Shown: positions 11,762 to 23,229 of the stretch, piece after piece
How the letters are laid out: the number at the start of each line of letters is the position of its first letter
Numbering within the stretch: position 1 is the stretch's first letter
NCBI RefSeq assembly: GCF_036365525.1
Contig: NC_090397.1
Span: 56,336,091-56,400,090 of the forward strand
Direction: 5' to 3'
Length of the DNA: 64,000 nt
Source: Heterodontus francisci
Taxonomy: Eukaryota
Position numbers and translations under genes: made by a program
Notes under the pieces: model-generated
What the model was told of the DNA's origin: nothing
Seen by the model: only the letters and a program-made list of their open reading frames with translations
Databases searched by the model: none

Positions 11762-13227
11762 GATAAAAGCAAAATATTGCAGATGCTGGAAATCTGAAAT
11801 AAAAACAAGAAATGCTGGAAATACTCAGCAGGTCTGGCAGCATCTGTGGAGAGAGAAGCAGAGTTAACGTTTCAGGTCAGTGACCCTTCTTCAGAACTGG
11901 CAACTATTAGAAATATAAAAGGTTATAAGCAAGTAAAGCAGGGGCAGGGCAAGAGATAACAAAGGAGAAGGTGTAGATAAGACAAGGTCACAGAATAGCT
12001 GACCAGAAGGTCGTGGAGCAAAGGCAAACAATATGTTAATGGTGTGTTGAAAGACAAAGCATTAGTACAGATAGGGTGTTAACGGACTGAAAACTGAACA
12101 GCCGCAAGTACATATATGAAAAAAAACAGTGGGTAAGCAAACTGAACAAACCAAGATGAAATAAAATAAAATAAAATAAACATGAAAAAATATTTAAAAA
12201 GGAAAAAGAAAAAAATAACTAAAAATAAAAGTAAAATGTGGGACCCGCCATGCTCTGAAATTATTGAACTCGATGTTCAGTCCGGCAGGCTGTAGTGTGC
12301 CTAATCGGTAAATGAGATGCTGTTCCTCGAGCTTGCGTTGATGTTCACTGGAACACTGCAGCAATCCCAGGACAGAGATGTGAGCACGAGAGCAGGGGGG
12401 AGTGTTGAAATGGCAAGCAACCGGAAGCTCGGGGTCCTGCTTGCGGACTGAGAGGAGGTGTTCCACAAAGCAGTCACCCAGTCTGCGTCTGGTCTCCCCA
12501 GTGTAGAGGAGACCACATTGTGAGCAGCGAATACAGTATACTACATTGAAAGAAGTACAAGTAAATCGCTGCTTCATCTGAAAGGAGTGTTTGGGGCCTG
12601 GGATAGTGAAGAGAGAGAAGGTAAATGGGCAGGTATTACACCTCCTGCGATTGCAGGGGAAGGTGCTATGGAAAGGGGATGAGGTGGTGGGGTAATGGAG
12701 GAGTAGACAAGGGTGTCACAGAGGGAACGATCCCTTCGGAATGCTGACAGGGGAAGATGCGTTTGGTAGTGGCATCACGCTGGAGGTGGCGGAGGATAAT
12801 CCTTTGGATATGGAGGCTGATGGGTGGAAAGTGAGGACAAGGGGAACCCTGTCACGGTTCTGGGAGGGAGGGGAAGGGGTGAGGGTAGAGGTACGGGAAA
12901 TGGACCGGACACGGTTGAGGGCCCTGTCAAGCACAGTGGGGGCAAATCCTCGGTTGAGGAAAAAGGAAGACATATCAAAAGCGGTCATGGAAGGTAGCAT
13001 CATCAGAGCAGATACGTCAGAGACAGAAAAACTGGGAGAATGGAGTCCTTACAGGAGGCAGGGTGTGAAGAAGTGTAGTTGAGGTAGCTGTGGGAGTCGG
13101 TGGGCTTGTAATGGATATTAGTAGACAGCCTATCCCCAGAGATGGAGATAGAGAAATCGAGGAAGGGAAGGGAAGTGTCGGAGATGGACCATGTAAAGGT
13201 GAGAGAAGGGTGGAGATTAGTAGCAAA
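11762..13227 (-). mobile_element. Penelope-like retroelement, 5'-truncated (RT C-terminus, GIY-YIG endonuclease, pLTR)
   Basis: FTCTSFNVVYCIRCSQCGLLYTGETRRRLGDCFVEH (GIY-YIG) and MSSFFLNRGF...RVPLVLTFHP; frameshifted; close paralogue of 58383-59922. Confidence 0.92.
11862..11898 (-). ncRNA. Minimal type I hammerhead ribozyme motif in Penelope pLTR
   Basis: AGUU-CUGAAGA-AGGGUCACUGACCU-GAAACGUU-AACU: stem I AGUU/AACU, core CUGAnGA and GAAA, stem II, palindromic ACGU stem III, GUU site. Confidence 0.7.
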
Positions 13228-13231
13228 GCAG

Positions 13232-13705
13232 GTAGAGAGAGGGAGGAAATCAGCCAGGATTCCTGCTCCCGATCACTCTTCAGTGATCCCTGGGTTAGAG
13301 AGAGGTGGAAATCAGACAGGGTTCCTGCTCCTGATCATTGTCCAGTGAACCCTGGGTTAGTGAGAGAGGGGGAAATCAGCCAGGGTTCCTGTTCCTCATC
13401 ACTGTCCAGTGACCCCTGCGTTAGAGAGAGAGCAGAAATCAGCCAGGGTTCCTACTCCTGATCACGGTCCAGTGACCCATGAGTTAGTGAGAGGGGGAAT
13501 CATCCAGGGTTCCTGTTCCTGATCACTGTCCAGTGACCCCTGCGTTAGAGAGAGAGCAGAAATCAGCCACGGTTCCTGCTCCTGATCACTATCCAGTGAC
13601 CCCTGGGTTAATGAGAGAGGGGGAAATCAGCCACGGTTCCTGCTCCTGATCAGTATCCAGTGACCCCTGCTTTAGAGAGAGAGGGAATCAGCCAGAGTTC
13701 CTGCA
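13232..13705. repeat. Minisatellite, ~62-64 bp unit x ~7.5
   Basis: Unit GAGAGAGGGGGAAATCAGCCAGGGTTCCTGCTCCTGATCACTATCCAGTGACCCCTGGGTTA; (A)AATCA anchors at about 13247, 13309, 13373, 13436, 13497, 13560, 13624, 13685. Confidence 0.9.
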
Positions 13706-13999
13706 GAATTGATCCTTCTCGAGAGAAAAACTTGGCAAAAGCAGGATCCAAAGAAACTGAGAAACGGCTGCTGTATGGGCAGAGGAAAATGGGCCCCGTT
13801 AATGCAAGTTTCTAGTCCTGCAATTTTTAACCAGGCTGCGATCACATCTCACCAATGGACTAGGCCATGCAGAGCTGCTGCACAGAGACTGTTTACCTCT
13901 TACAGGACACGAACAATTGGACTGGTAATTTTGACCGAGATTTGCTAAAGTTTAAGGTTATGAAAAACAAGCCAAAAAATGCTTAAAAAGTAATTAAAC

Positions 14000-14312
14000 C
14001 TGAAAGGGGAGAGCCATCTGTGCTCCGAGCTCTCCTATTTCCGCAAGCGCCAGTGATACCCAGGAATGCGCAGGTGCGATCGGTTCCCACTGAGTTCCAG
14101 AAATACGCATGCGCGATCGTTTCCCTGGAATGCACAGGTGCGATCGGTTCCCACTGAGTTCCAGAAATACGCATGCGCGATAGTTTCCCTGGAATGCGCA
14201 GGTGCGATCGGGTCCCACTGAGTTCCAGGAATGCGCATGTGCGATCGTTTCCCAGGAATGCGCATGTGCGTTCCTTTCCCACAGATTTCCAGGAATGCGC
14301 ATGTGCGATCAT
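14000..14312 (-). promoter_or_regulatory. Candidate promoter and non-coding first exon of the ACOT gene; CpG-rich 64-bp tandem repeat with NRF1-like motifs
   Basis: CpG-retaining island upstream of the gene; repeated TGCGCATGTGCG / TACGCATGCGCG / TGCGCAGGTGCG (NRF1 consensus TGCGCATGCGCA); ETS-like CGGAAAT; candidate donor CAG|gtttaa at 13999. Confidence 0.55.
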
Positions 14313-14556
14313 CTGCAGTATTTTGCTTTTATTTAGATGCTTATGGTTAGATCGTTCTAGCAAACTAACCTTACATTAAGTTGGATGGAAGCTCAGTAAT
14401 ATGCAGTTACAGGATACTAACTGTGATCCTCATATCTATGTGATATTCCAGTAATCCTATTAAATACAAAAGAAATTTTATGATTGAATTTCCATTGGAA
14501 GATAGTGAATTGGCAGCCCGATGAAAGAAAATTGGGCACATTTTATACTCTGGAGT

Positions 14557-14861
14557 GTTTAGTTTAGAGATACAGCACTGAAACAGGCCCTTCGGCCCAC
14601 CGAGTCTGTGCCAACCAACAACCACCCATTTATACTAACCCTACAGTAATCCCATATTCCCTACCACCTACCTACCCTAGAGGCAATTTACAATGGCCAA
14701 CTTACCTATCACCTGCAAGTCTTTGGCTGTGGGAGGAAACCGGAGCACCCGGCGAAAACCCACGCAGTCACAGGGAGAACTTGCAAACTCCGCACAGGCA
14801 GTACCCAATCAAAGCCGGGTCCCTGGAGCTGTGAGGCTGCGGTGCTAACCACTGCGCCACT
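14557..14861 (-). mobile_element. tRNA-derived V-domain SINE (HE1-like)
   Basis: agtggcgcagtggttagcacc head, V-domain ggagtttgcaagttctccc...ggtttcctcccac, CR1-like tail gggccgaagggcctgtttcagtgctgtatctc(taaac)n. Confidence 0.88.
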
Positions 14862-15015
14862 GGAGGATGGAATGTCACTGAAGGGATGGAAAGAATGGGA
14901 TGGTGATAGTATGAAAGGGATGGGATGGGTTGGCATAGGAGGGAGGGATGACATGGGAGGGATTGATGAGATGATGGAATTGTTAAGTGTGGCAAGATGG
15001 CGGGGACAATTATTT

Positions 15016-18000
15016 AACATAAGAAGATAAGAAATAGGAGCAGGAGTAGGGCATTCAGCCCCTCAAGCCTGCCCCGCCATTCAATAAGATCATGGCTGAT
15101 CTGTCCCAAGCCTCAACTCCTCTTTCGGGCCTGCTCCGCCTAACCCTCGACTCCCCATGATTTCAAAAATTTATCTACCTCCTCCTTAAATACATTTAGT
15201 GACCTAGCCTCCACAACTCTGAGGCAGAGAATTCCAGAGATTCACCACCCTCTGAGAGAAGAAATTCCTTCGTATCTCAGTTTTAAATGTGTGCCCCCTT
15301 ATTCTGTAATTATGTCCTCTAGTTCGAGATTCCCCCACTAGTGGAAACATCTTCTCAACATCTACCCTCTCAAGCCCCCTTAAAATCTTATATGTTTCTA
15401 TAAGATCACCTCTTTTTCTTCCAAACTCCAATGAATTAAGGCCTAACCTGTTTAGCCGTTCTTGATAAGACAACCCCTTCATCCCAGGAATCAGCCTAGT
15501 GAACCTATTCTGAACTGCCTCCAATGCTAGTATATCCTTCTTTAAATATGGGGACCAAAACTGAACGCAGTACTCCAGGTGTGGCCTCACCAACACCCTG
15601 TACAGTTGTAACAAGACTTCCCTATTTTTAAACTCTAACCCCCTAGCAATAAAGGCCAAAATTCCATTTGCCTTCCTAATTACTTGCTGCAGCTGCATGC
15701 TAACCTTTTGTATTTCGTGCACAAGAACACCCAGATCCCTCTGTACTGCAGCATTTTGTAGTCTTTCTCCATCTAAATATTACCTGCCTTTTTATTCTTC
15801 CTACCAAAGTAGATTACCTCACACCTTCCCACATTGAACACCATCTGCCAAGTTTTTGCCCACTCACTTAACCTATCTATATCCCTTTGCAGATTCTTTG
15901 TGTCCTCATCACAACATACCTTCCCACCTATTTTTGTATCGTCAGCAAATTTGGATACACTACACTCTGTCCCTTCCTCTAAGTCATTAATATAGATAGT
16001 AAATAGTTGAGGCCCTAGGACCGATCCTTGTGGCACCCCAGTAGTTACGGCTTTCCAACTTGAAAAAGACCCATCGATCCTGGCTCTCTGCCTTCTGTGT
16101 GTTAGCCAGTCCTCAATCTGTGCCAACACATTACCCCCAATACCCTGAGCTCTTATTTTGTGCAATAACCTTTTATGTGGCACATTATCAAATACCTTCT
16201 GAAAATCCAAATACACTACATCTACCGGTTCCCCTTTATCCACTCTGCTTGTTATATCCTCAAAGAACTCTAACAAATTTGTCAAACATGATTTCCCTTT
16301 CATAAAACCATGTTGACACTGTTTGATTGCATTATGTTTTTCTAAATGCCCTGCTATTTCTTCCTTAGTAATGGACTCGAGCATTTTCCCAATGACTAAT
16401 ATTAAGCTAACTGATCTGTAGTTTCCTTATTTCTGTCTCCCTCCTTTCTTGAATAGGAGTGTCACATTAGCAGTTTTCCAATCCGCTGGTACCCGACTGG
16501 AATCCAGTGAGTTTTGGTATATTATGACCAATGCCTCCACATCTCTGCAGCTACTTCTTTTAAAAACCTTAGATTCAGGCCATCAGGTTCTGGTGACTTG
16601 TCTGCCTTTAGTCCCATCAGTTTGTCCAGCACCTTTTCCCTCGTGAATGAGATTGTTACAAGTTCCTCCATCCCATTTACACCTTGTTCATCTATTATTG
16701 ATGGGATGTTTATAGTGACCTCCACCGTGAAGACTGATGCAAAATATTGGTTTAAATTATCTGCCATTTCCCTGTTCCCTGTTATTAATTCCCCAGTCTC
16801 ATCCACTAAGGGTTGTACACTTACTTTAGCTACTCTCTTCCTTTTAATATACCCGTAGAAGCTTTAACTGTTTATTTCTATATTTCTTGCCAATTTACGC
16901 TCATAATCAATTTTCTCCTTCTTTATTAGCTTTTTAGTCATCCACTGCTGGTTTCTAAAAAATTCCCAATCCTCTGGCCTACCACTCATTTTTGCCACAT
17001 TGTACGCCTTTGTTTTTGATTTGATACTCTCCTTAACTTCCTTTGTTATCCATGGGTGGTTCATTGTTCTCTTCAAGTCCTTCCTTCTGACTGGAATAAA
17101 TGTTTGCTGAGTGTTATGAAATATCTGCTTAAAAGTCTGCCACTGCTCATCTACTGACTTCCCCTGTAGTCTATCTTCCCAGCCCGCTTTAGACAACCCT
17201 TTCTTCATACCTCTGTAATTGCCCCTGTTTAAGTTGAAGACACTGGTTTGAGACCCGAGTTGCTCAGCCTCAAATTGAATTTGAAATTCTACCATGTTAT
17301 GATCGCTTTCCCCTAAAAGATCCTTAACTACGAGATCTCTTATTAATACTACCTCATTACACAATACCAAATCTAAAATAGTCTGTTCCCAGGTAGGTTC
17401 TGCAACATATTGCTCCAGCTAACAATCCCTGAGACTCTCTACAAATTCGTCTTCCATGCTACCCTTGCCAATTTGATTTGTCCAGTCTATATGCAGATTA
17501 AAATCACAGATAATTGCAGCGCCCTTCTTACATGCGTCCATTATTTCCTGATTAATATCTTGTCCTAAAGAGAGGCAACTCCTTGGGGGCCTATAAACCA
17601 CTCCCACCCGTGATTTCTTTCCCTTGCTATTCCTTATTTCCACCCAAACTGATTCTACATCACGATCTATTATCCCTATATCATTACTCACAACTGCACT
17701 GATCCCTTCCTTTAATAACAAAGCTACCCCACCTACTTTTCCTTTCTGCCTATTCTTCCAGAACATCGAATATCCTTGAACATTAAGATTCCAGTCTTGG
17801 TCATCCTGCAACCACGTCTCAGTGATAGCTATCAAATCATATTCATTTGTTTCTATTTGTGCCGTCAGCTCATCTATCTTGTTACAAATGCTACGTGTAT
17901 TCAGATAAAGAGCCTTAAGCTTTGACTTTTTACCATTTTTACCTATTCTGGTTCTAATTTTGCTGTACTCTTATGCTTGTATTCTCTGTCCCTTCCTGTC

Positions 18001-19780
18001 ACTCTCTGATTAATGTATGCTTCACTATCCTGCACCTCTGCTCTCTCATTACTTTTTGACTTTTTAAACTTCCTTTCAATTGAACCCCCCCTCCCCCCAC
18101 TATTTAGTTTAAAGCCTTATCTACAACCTTAGTTATACGATTCGCCAGGACACTGGTCCCAGCATGGTTCAAGTGAAGCCCATCCCAATGGAACAGCTCT
18201 CTCCTTCCCCAGTAATGGTGCCAGTGCCCCATGAATCGGAACCCATTTCTCCCACACCGATCTTTGAGCCACGCATTTACCTCTCTAATCTTATTTACCC
18301 TATGCCAATTTGCATGTGGCTCAGGTAGTAATCCAGACATTATTACCTTTGTGGTTCTGCTTTTTAATTTGGCCCCGGGCTGCTCATAGTCCCTCAGCAG
18401 AACCTCTTTCCTAGTCCTACCTATGTCGTTGGTACCTACGTGGACCACGACAACTGGATCCTTTCCCTTCCACTCCAGGTTCCTCTCCATCCCAGAAGAG
18501 ATGTCCTTACCTTGGCACCAGGTAGTCAACACAGCCTTCGGGACTCTCTATCTTTGCTGCAGAGAACAGTATCTACTCCCCTAACTATGCTATCCCTTAC
18601 TACAACTACATTTCTCTTTTCTCCTCCCACTTGAATGGCGCTCTGAACCATGGTGCTGTGGTTAGTTTGCTCATCCTCCCTACAGTCTGTGCCCTCGTCC
18701 ACACTGGGAGCAAGAACCTCGTACCTGTTGGCTAAGGGCACTGGCTGAGGCTCCTCCAAAGCTAAATTCTGGATCCCCATACCTGCCTCACTCGCAGTCA
18801 CACCGTCCTCTCCCTGACCACTGGCTGAATTCAAGGTAGTTAATCTAAGGGGTGTGGCTGTCTCCTGAAACACAGCGTCCAGGTAACTCTCCCCTCCCTG
18901 ATGTGTCGCAGTGTCCGCAGCTCGGACTGCAGCTCATCAACTCTGAGCCGAAGTTCCTCGAGCAGCCAACACTTGCTGCAGATGTGGTCACCATGGATCC
19001 ACCAGCTCCTACATACTACAGCTGCAACACATCGCCTTCCCAGCCATCTCTATTCTATTTAATTAATTAATGTGGATCTCAGTATTTCAACAAAAAGAAC
19101 TATTTAAGTGTACTCTTAAACTGTAATGACGTCGCCTGATTTAAATCACTTGGCCAAATTAAAAACAAAACACAATAGACACGGAAGAAAGAAATACCCT
19201 CCAATCACTTACCAGCTCTCCTGTGACGTCACACTTCGATTTTTGCTGGTCAAGCAGGTCCACAGAACAGAACAGAACAGAACAGAGCACTTTCACCGCT
19301 GCTTCTGGTCTCAGGCCCCGGCTCCTTTAATCTCCCGGCTCCTCTCGCCTGTTCCTGCTCTCGCCGCTGCTTCTGGTCTCAGGCCCCGGCTCCTTTAATC
19401 TCCCGGCTCCTCTCGCCTGTTCCTGCTCTCGCCGCTGCTTCTGGTCTCAGGCCTCGGCTCCTTTTCTCTCCCGGCTCCTCTCGCCTGTTCCTGCTCTCGC
19501 CGCTGCTTCTGGTCTCGGGCCTCGGCTCCTTTTCTCTCCCGGCTCCTCTCGCCTGTTCCTGCTCTCGCCGCTGCTTCTGGTCTCGGGCCTCGGCTCCTTT
19601 TCTCTCCCGGCTCCTCTCGTCTGTTCCTGCTCTCGCCGCTGCTTCTGGTCTCGGGCCTCGGCTCCTTTTCTCTCCCGGCTCCTCTCGCCTGTTCCCACTC
19701 TCACCGCTGCTTCTGGTCTCAGGCCTCGGCTCCTTTTCTCTCCCGGCTCCTCTCGCCTGTTCCCACTCTCACCGCTGCTC
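15016..19780 (-). mobile_element. Near full-length CR1 LINE, degenerate: 5'UTR tandem repeats, ORF1 (~18104-19047), ORF2 APE+RT (~15100-17950)
   Basis: ORF1 N-terminal C..C...C..C motif and SGNH esterase VVVHVGTNDIG..DGLHLN; ORF2 IAITETWL, VYLDFQK.FD, GVPQGSVLGPQLF, KFADDTK, VRPHLEYCVQFW; stops and frameshifts. Confidence 0.95.
19293..19780. repeat. 68-bp GC-rich tandem repeat x ~7 at the CR1 5' end
   Basis: Unit ctcgccgctgcttctggtctcrggcctcggctccttttctctcccggctcctctcgcctgttcctgct; period 68 (19321 vs 19389). Confidence 0.92.
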
Positions 19781-19805
19781 TTATTATTTTATCTTATATA
19801 TTATT

Positions 19806-20081
19806 ATAGGTGTTTATTCCTCAAATAATATTGAGCCCATCGGATGTAAACCTTCCTTTTCAACTCAGGAGAAAAGTTTCCAATTAAACTTCTATATTCT
19901 CTAACTCGCAAGGCCAGACTCTTGGCAACATTTGTATCTATATTCCTAGGCCTGTTTTGCCAAGTGTCTGGCCTTGCGAGTCAGATAATATAGAAGTTTA
20001 ATTGGAAACTGTTTTCTCCTGAGTTGTAAAGGAAGGTTTACATTTGATGGGCTCAATATTATTTGAGGAATAAACACCTAT
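19806..20081. repeat. Long inverted repeat (123/125-bp arms, 28-nt loop) made of Helitron helicase sequence
   Basis: 19806-19928 is the reverse complement of 19957-20081 with 6 substitutions and one 2-nt indel; translates as VFIPQIILSPSDVNLPFQLRRKQFPIKL...SQGQTL.NI.IYIPRPVF. Confidence 0.92.
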
Positions 20082-20590
20082 CATTGAAGAAAACAGTTTT
20101 CTAAATAACAATCTTGTGTATCGGATTCAAGTCTTGTAGCAACAGTATTACATAGGATTACATAGGATATCCAGCACAGAAACCAGGCCAACGTTTATGC
20201 TCAACTCCAACCTCCTCTCATTTAAATGTACCACCGAAACCTTCTAATCCATTCTCCCTTATACGCTTGTCTAACTTCCCCTTAAATGCATCTAAAATAT
20301 TCACTTCAACCACTCCCTGTAGTAGCGAGTTGCACATTCTCACCACTTTTTGAGTAAAGAAGTTTATAACTGTTCCTTCCTTCAGTCTAAGTTTGTGCAG
20401 TGGCATGCTCATTGCAGTTAGACTGTGTAGAAACTCTGGAAGGTATAGACGGTTATCATCATCTTTCATCTGTAGAATCAACGCTGATGTATTCTTTTAA
20501 TTCACCTGACAGCTTTTCTAAAACCTTTACATTCAAATCTAGTGAATCTTCAATTTAGCACAAAGAGTAGCTTAAAAATAATAAGTTGCA
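19957..20590 (-). pseudogene. Helitron PIF1-like helicase remnant, interrupted by a CR1 3' fragment (~20150-20365)
   Basis: EDSLDLNVKVLEKLSGELKEYISVDS, YLPEFLHSL..MPLHKLRLKEG..I, ILLLQDLNP, TRLLFRKL and VFIPQI..LPLQLRRKQFP are collinear with Helitron RepHel C-terminal motifs. Confidence 0.85.
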
Positions 20591-20969
20591 TCAAATAATT
20601 GTCCCCGCCATCTTGCCACACTTAACAATTCTGTCATCTCATCAACCCCTCCCATGTCATCCCTCCCTCCCATACCAACCCATCCCCTGCCATCCTTTTC
20701 ATACTATCACCATCCCATTCTTTCCATCTCTTCAGTGACATTCCATCCTCCTCTTGCCATTCCCATCCCTCCCATCAATCCCATTCCATTCCTCACAGAA
20801 ACAATCTCTTCAGCAAGGGCAACTTTGCTGTTGGGCTCTCCTTATCATCCAATGTTTTATTCTCTACCAACCCTGTCGCCCCCAACTATCAGCAGCAGTT
20901 GGCAGATACACATGCATCATGCGTTTCAGTCCTCCATGCGCCCCATGTGCCTCCGCCAGGCACCGCACA

Positions 20970-21550
20970 CCAAATAAATGTGGCTACAAAAGCAGATCAG
21001 AGGCTGGGTATTCTATGAGTGACTCACCTGTTGACACCCCAGAACTTTTCCACCACTTACAAAACACAAGTCAGAAGTGTGATGGAATACTTTCCACTTG
21101 CCTGGACGATTGAGGTTCCAAAAATACATAAGCTTAACATCATCCAGGACAAAGCATCCGCTTGATCAACATCCCATTCACAAACTCCACCATGGCATAC
21201 CATGGCTGCAGTGCATATCATCTATAAGATTCACTGCGGCAACTCACCAAGGCTCCGTCAACAGTACTTTCCAAACCTGCGACCTTGATCACCTGGAAGA
21301 ACAAGGGCAGTAGCCACATGGGAACACCATCCCCTCCAATACACAACATCTTGATTTGGACAAATATTGTTGTTACTTCGTGGTTGCTAGATCAAAATCC
21401 TGGAACTCCTTGTCTAACTGTGGGAGTACCTTCACCACACAGACTACAATACAAGAAAGCAGCTCATGACCAGCTTCTCAAGGGCAATTAGGGATGGGCA
21501 ATAATACTGGCCTTGCCAGTTACCCCCACATCCTGCGAATGGATAAAAAT
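20970..21550 (+). mobile_element. Zenon-like LINE 3' fragment
   Basis: Same family as 2975-3760 (gtcagaagtgtgatggaatac...aagggcaattagggatgggcaata). Confidence 0.8.
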
Positions 21551-21579
21551 ATATTTTTTTTAAACTGCAAACAATGCAG

Positions 21580-21797
21580 TGGAGAATTTACTGGATTTGT
21601 GTTCAGGTGCACTGGATTGTCTGGATGCAATAAATGTCAGAAAATCGGACAGGCAAATGCTTATAAAGGATCTCATCTGATTTTCCTCTATTTAAATGGA
21701 TGGAGGAAATACAGATGAAATTCCTTAATAGGTGTGCACTCAGACCTGCCTAGATGATCCAGTATACCTCTGTACAGACCCAGGAAAATCTTCCCTT
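21580..21797. mobile_element. Old palindromic MITE-like element
   Basis: Imperfect whole-length inverted symmetry; core aaggatctcatctgattttcctc / gaggaaatacagatgaaattcctt. Confidence 0.6.
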
Positions 21798-22439
21798 GCA
21801 CATCTATAAGGCTTGGAATGAATGATTTTCTGCCTTTGATTATGTGTATGTATATGAATTGTGTATGTATATGAATGCTGCATGCAGACAGGCTTGAGCT
21901 TGACCTCAATACATTTTCTAAATATTCTAAATATCTGAAGAGGAGGAATGTACAGGGATGTGAGGAGGGGTCAGGGGAGTGGCAGTACATAAATTGCTCC
22001 TTTGGAGAGCCAGCACAGACACAATGGGTTGAATGGCCTTCTTCTGTGCTGTAACGATTCGATTCTAAGTCACTCTCCAATCTTACATGGGAAGATCGCC
22101 AATATGGTGAAGTATTGGAAGGATGGCTATGGAACTAGAAGCAGCATGAGCCAAGTCTTCAGGAAGAGCAAGAGTGAAAACAATAGGATGGGGGGGGGGG
22201 CAAGAAATAGCAAGTTAAAAACACAAAACTCAACTTTTTACTGACTGATTTTTCAAAAGTATTTCTAAAGGTGACTGCTCTTTTACAACAAAATCGAAGT
22301 CAAACATAAAAGGACTATAGCTACCATTAACATGACTTTGTTCCATCTGCTCACTTTTGTTAATTTTTATTTAAAACATTTTGTTAAACAGTAAATGTTG
22401 ATAACGTCATTGAGGGTACGGGCTTGGAAAAATTACTGA

Positions 22440-22755
22440 ATCTAACAGAATAAGTGAGCTATATTAACAGACAGTTATTGCTGAATCATCCTTGAGTGTT
22501 TGACTGTAGGGCCGATTCCAAGACTCACCCCAAAGCATGGGCTGTACCTGATGCAATTGAGTGCGCCATGGCAGCATTCTGCCTAAGGGCAGGTTCTTTG
22601 CCCTTTCCCTCCACACAGGAGAGATGAGCATGGCTCGGGCAGAGGGTATGTGAGGGAGTTTCCCATTGCCTTTCTCAGACCAGATCAGGAATTGAACCTG
22701 TGCTGTTGACATTATTCTGAACCACACACTAGCCATCTAAGCTACCCAGTCCTCC
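22440..22755 (-). mobile_element. Old tRNA-derived SINE, family not assigned
   Basis: Minus-strand A/B-box-like gtagcttagatggcta ... ggttcaattcc. Confidence 0.4.
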
Positions 22756-23229
22756 AGTTGTATATAGGGTTTGCTAATTCATTAAGGCAGAAGGGTGGAG
22801 AAGTGAGTGGGGTGGGGTGGGGTGGTCTTGAGCGCAGCAGCTCTTAATGTCAGCTGCTCTGACAATCTTAGTTTTGCTGAAAACTGTAGGTACTAAAGTA
22901 ACTCCATCATTTCAGAATGTGTGCATGTCGTATGGGAGAAGTGGCACAGAGGAAAGTGCCCATTTTTGGGGCAGAAATGAACATTCCTATTAGAACCACT
23001 TGGCAGCCTTGCATCAGTGATAGCACTCGCAACAGCAAGCTGTAGGGTTCAAGCCACACTCCAGAGAACTGAGCACATAATCCACTGCATTATCTTATTG
23101 CATAAATAGATATTGGGCAGAGTGAGTCAATTCTGCAAAATAAAGTACCTGGGATCCACTTACAGGAGTGACTGACACCACTGAATTTGAGTAGGTATCT
23201 ATGGCAGGCACTAAATTTGCAACAGCAAG

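Noticed and set aside
13983-14379. Overlapping 68-126 aa ORFs
   Set aside because: Translations of the 64-bp tandem repeat in several frames
19126-19704. Repetitive ORFs (GAGREKEPRPETRSS...)
   Set aside because: Products of the 68-bp CR1 5' repeat
13232-19780. Regularly spaced repeats (13.2, 14.1, 19.3 kb) as CRISPR arrays
   Set aside because: Head-to-tail tandem units with no unique spacers, no cas genes, vertebrate context
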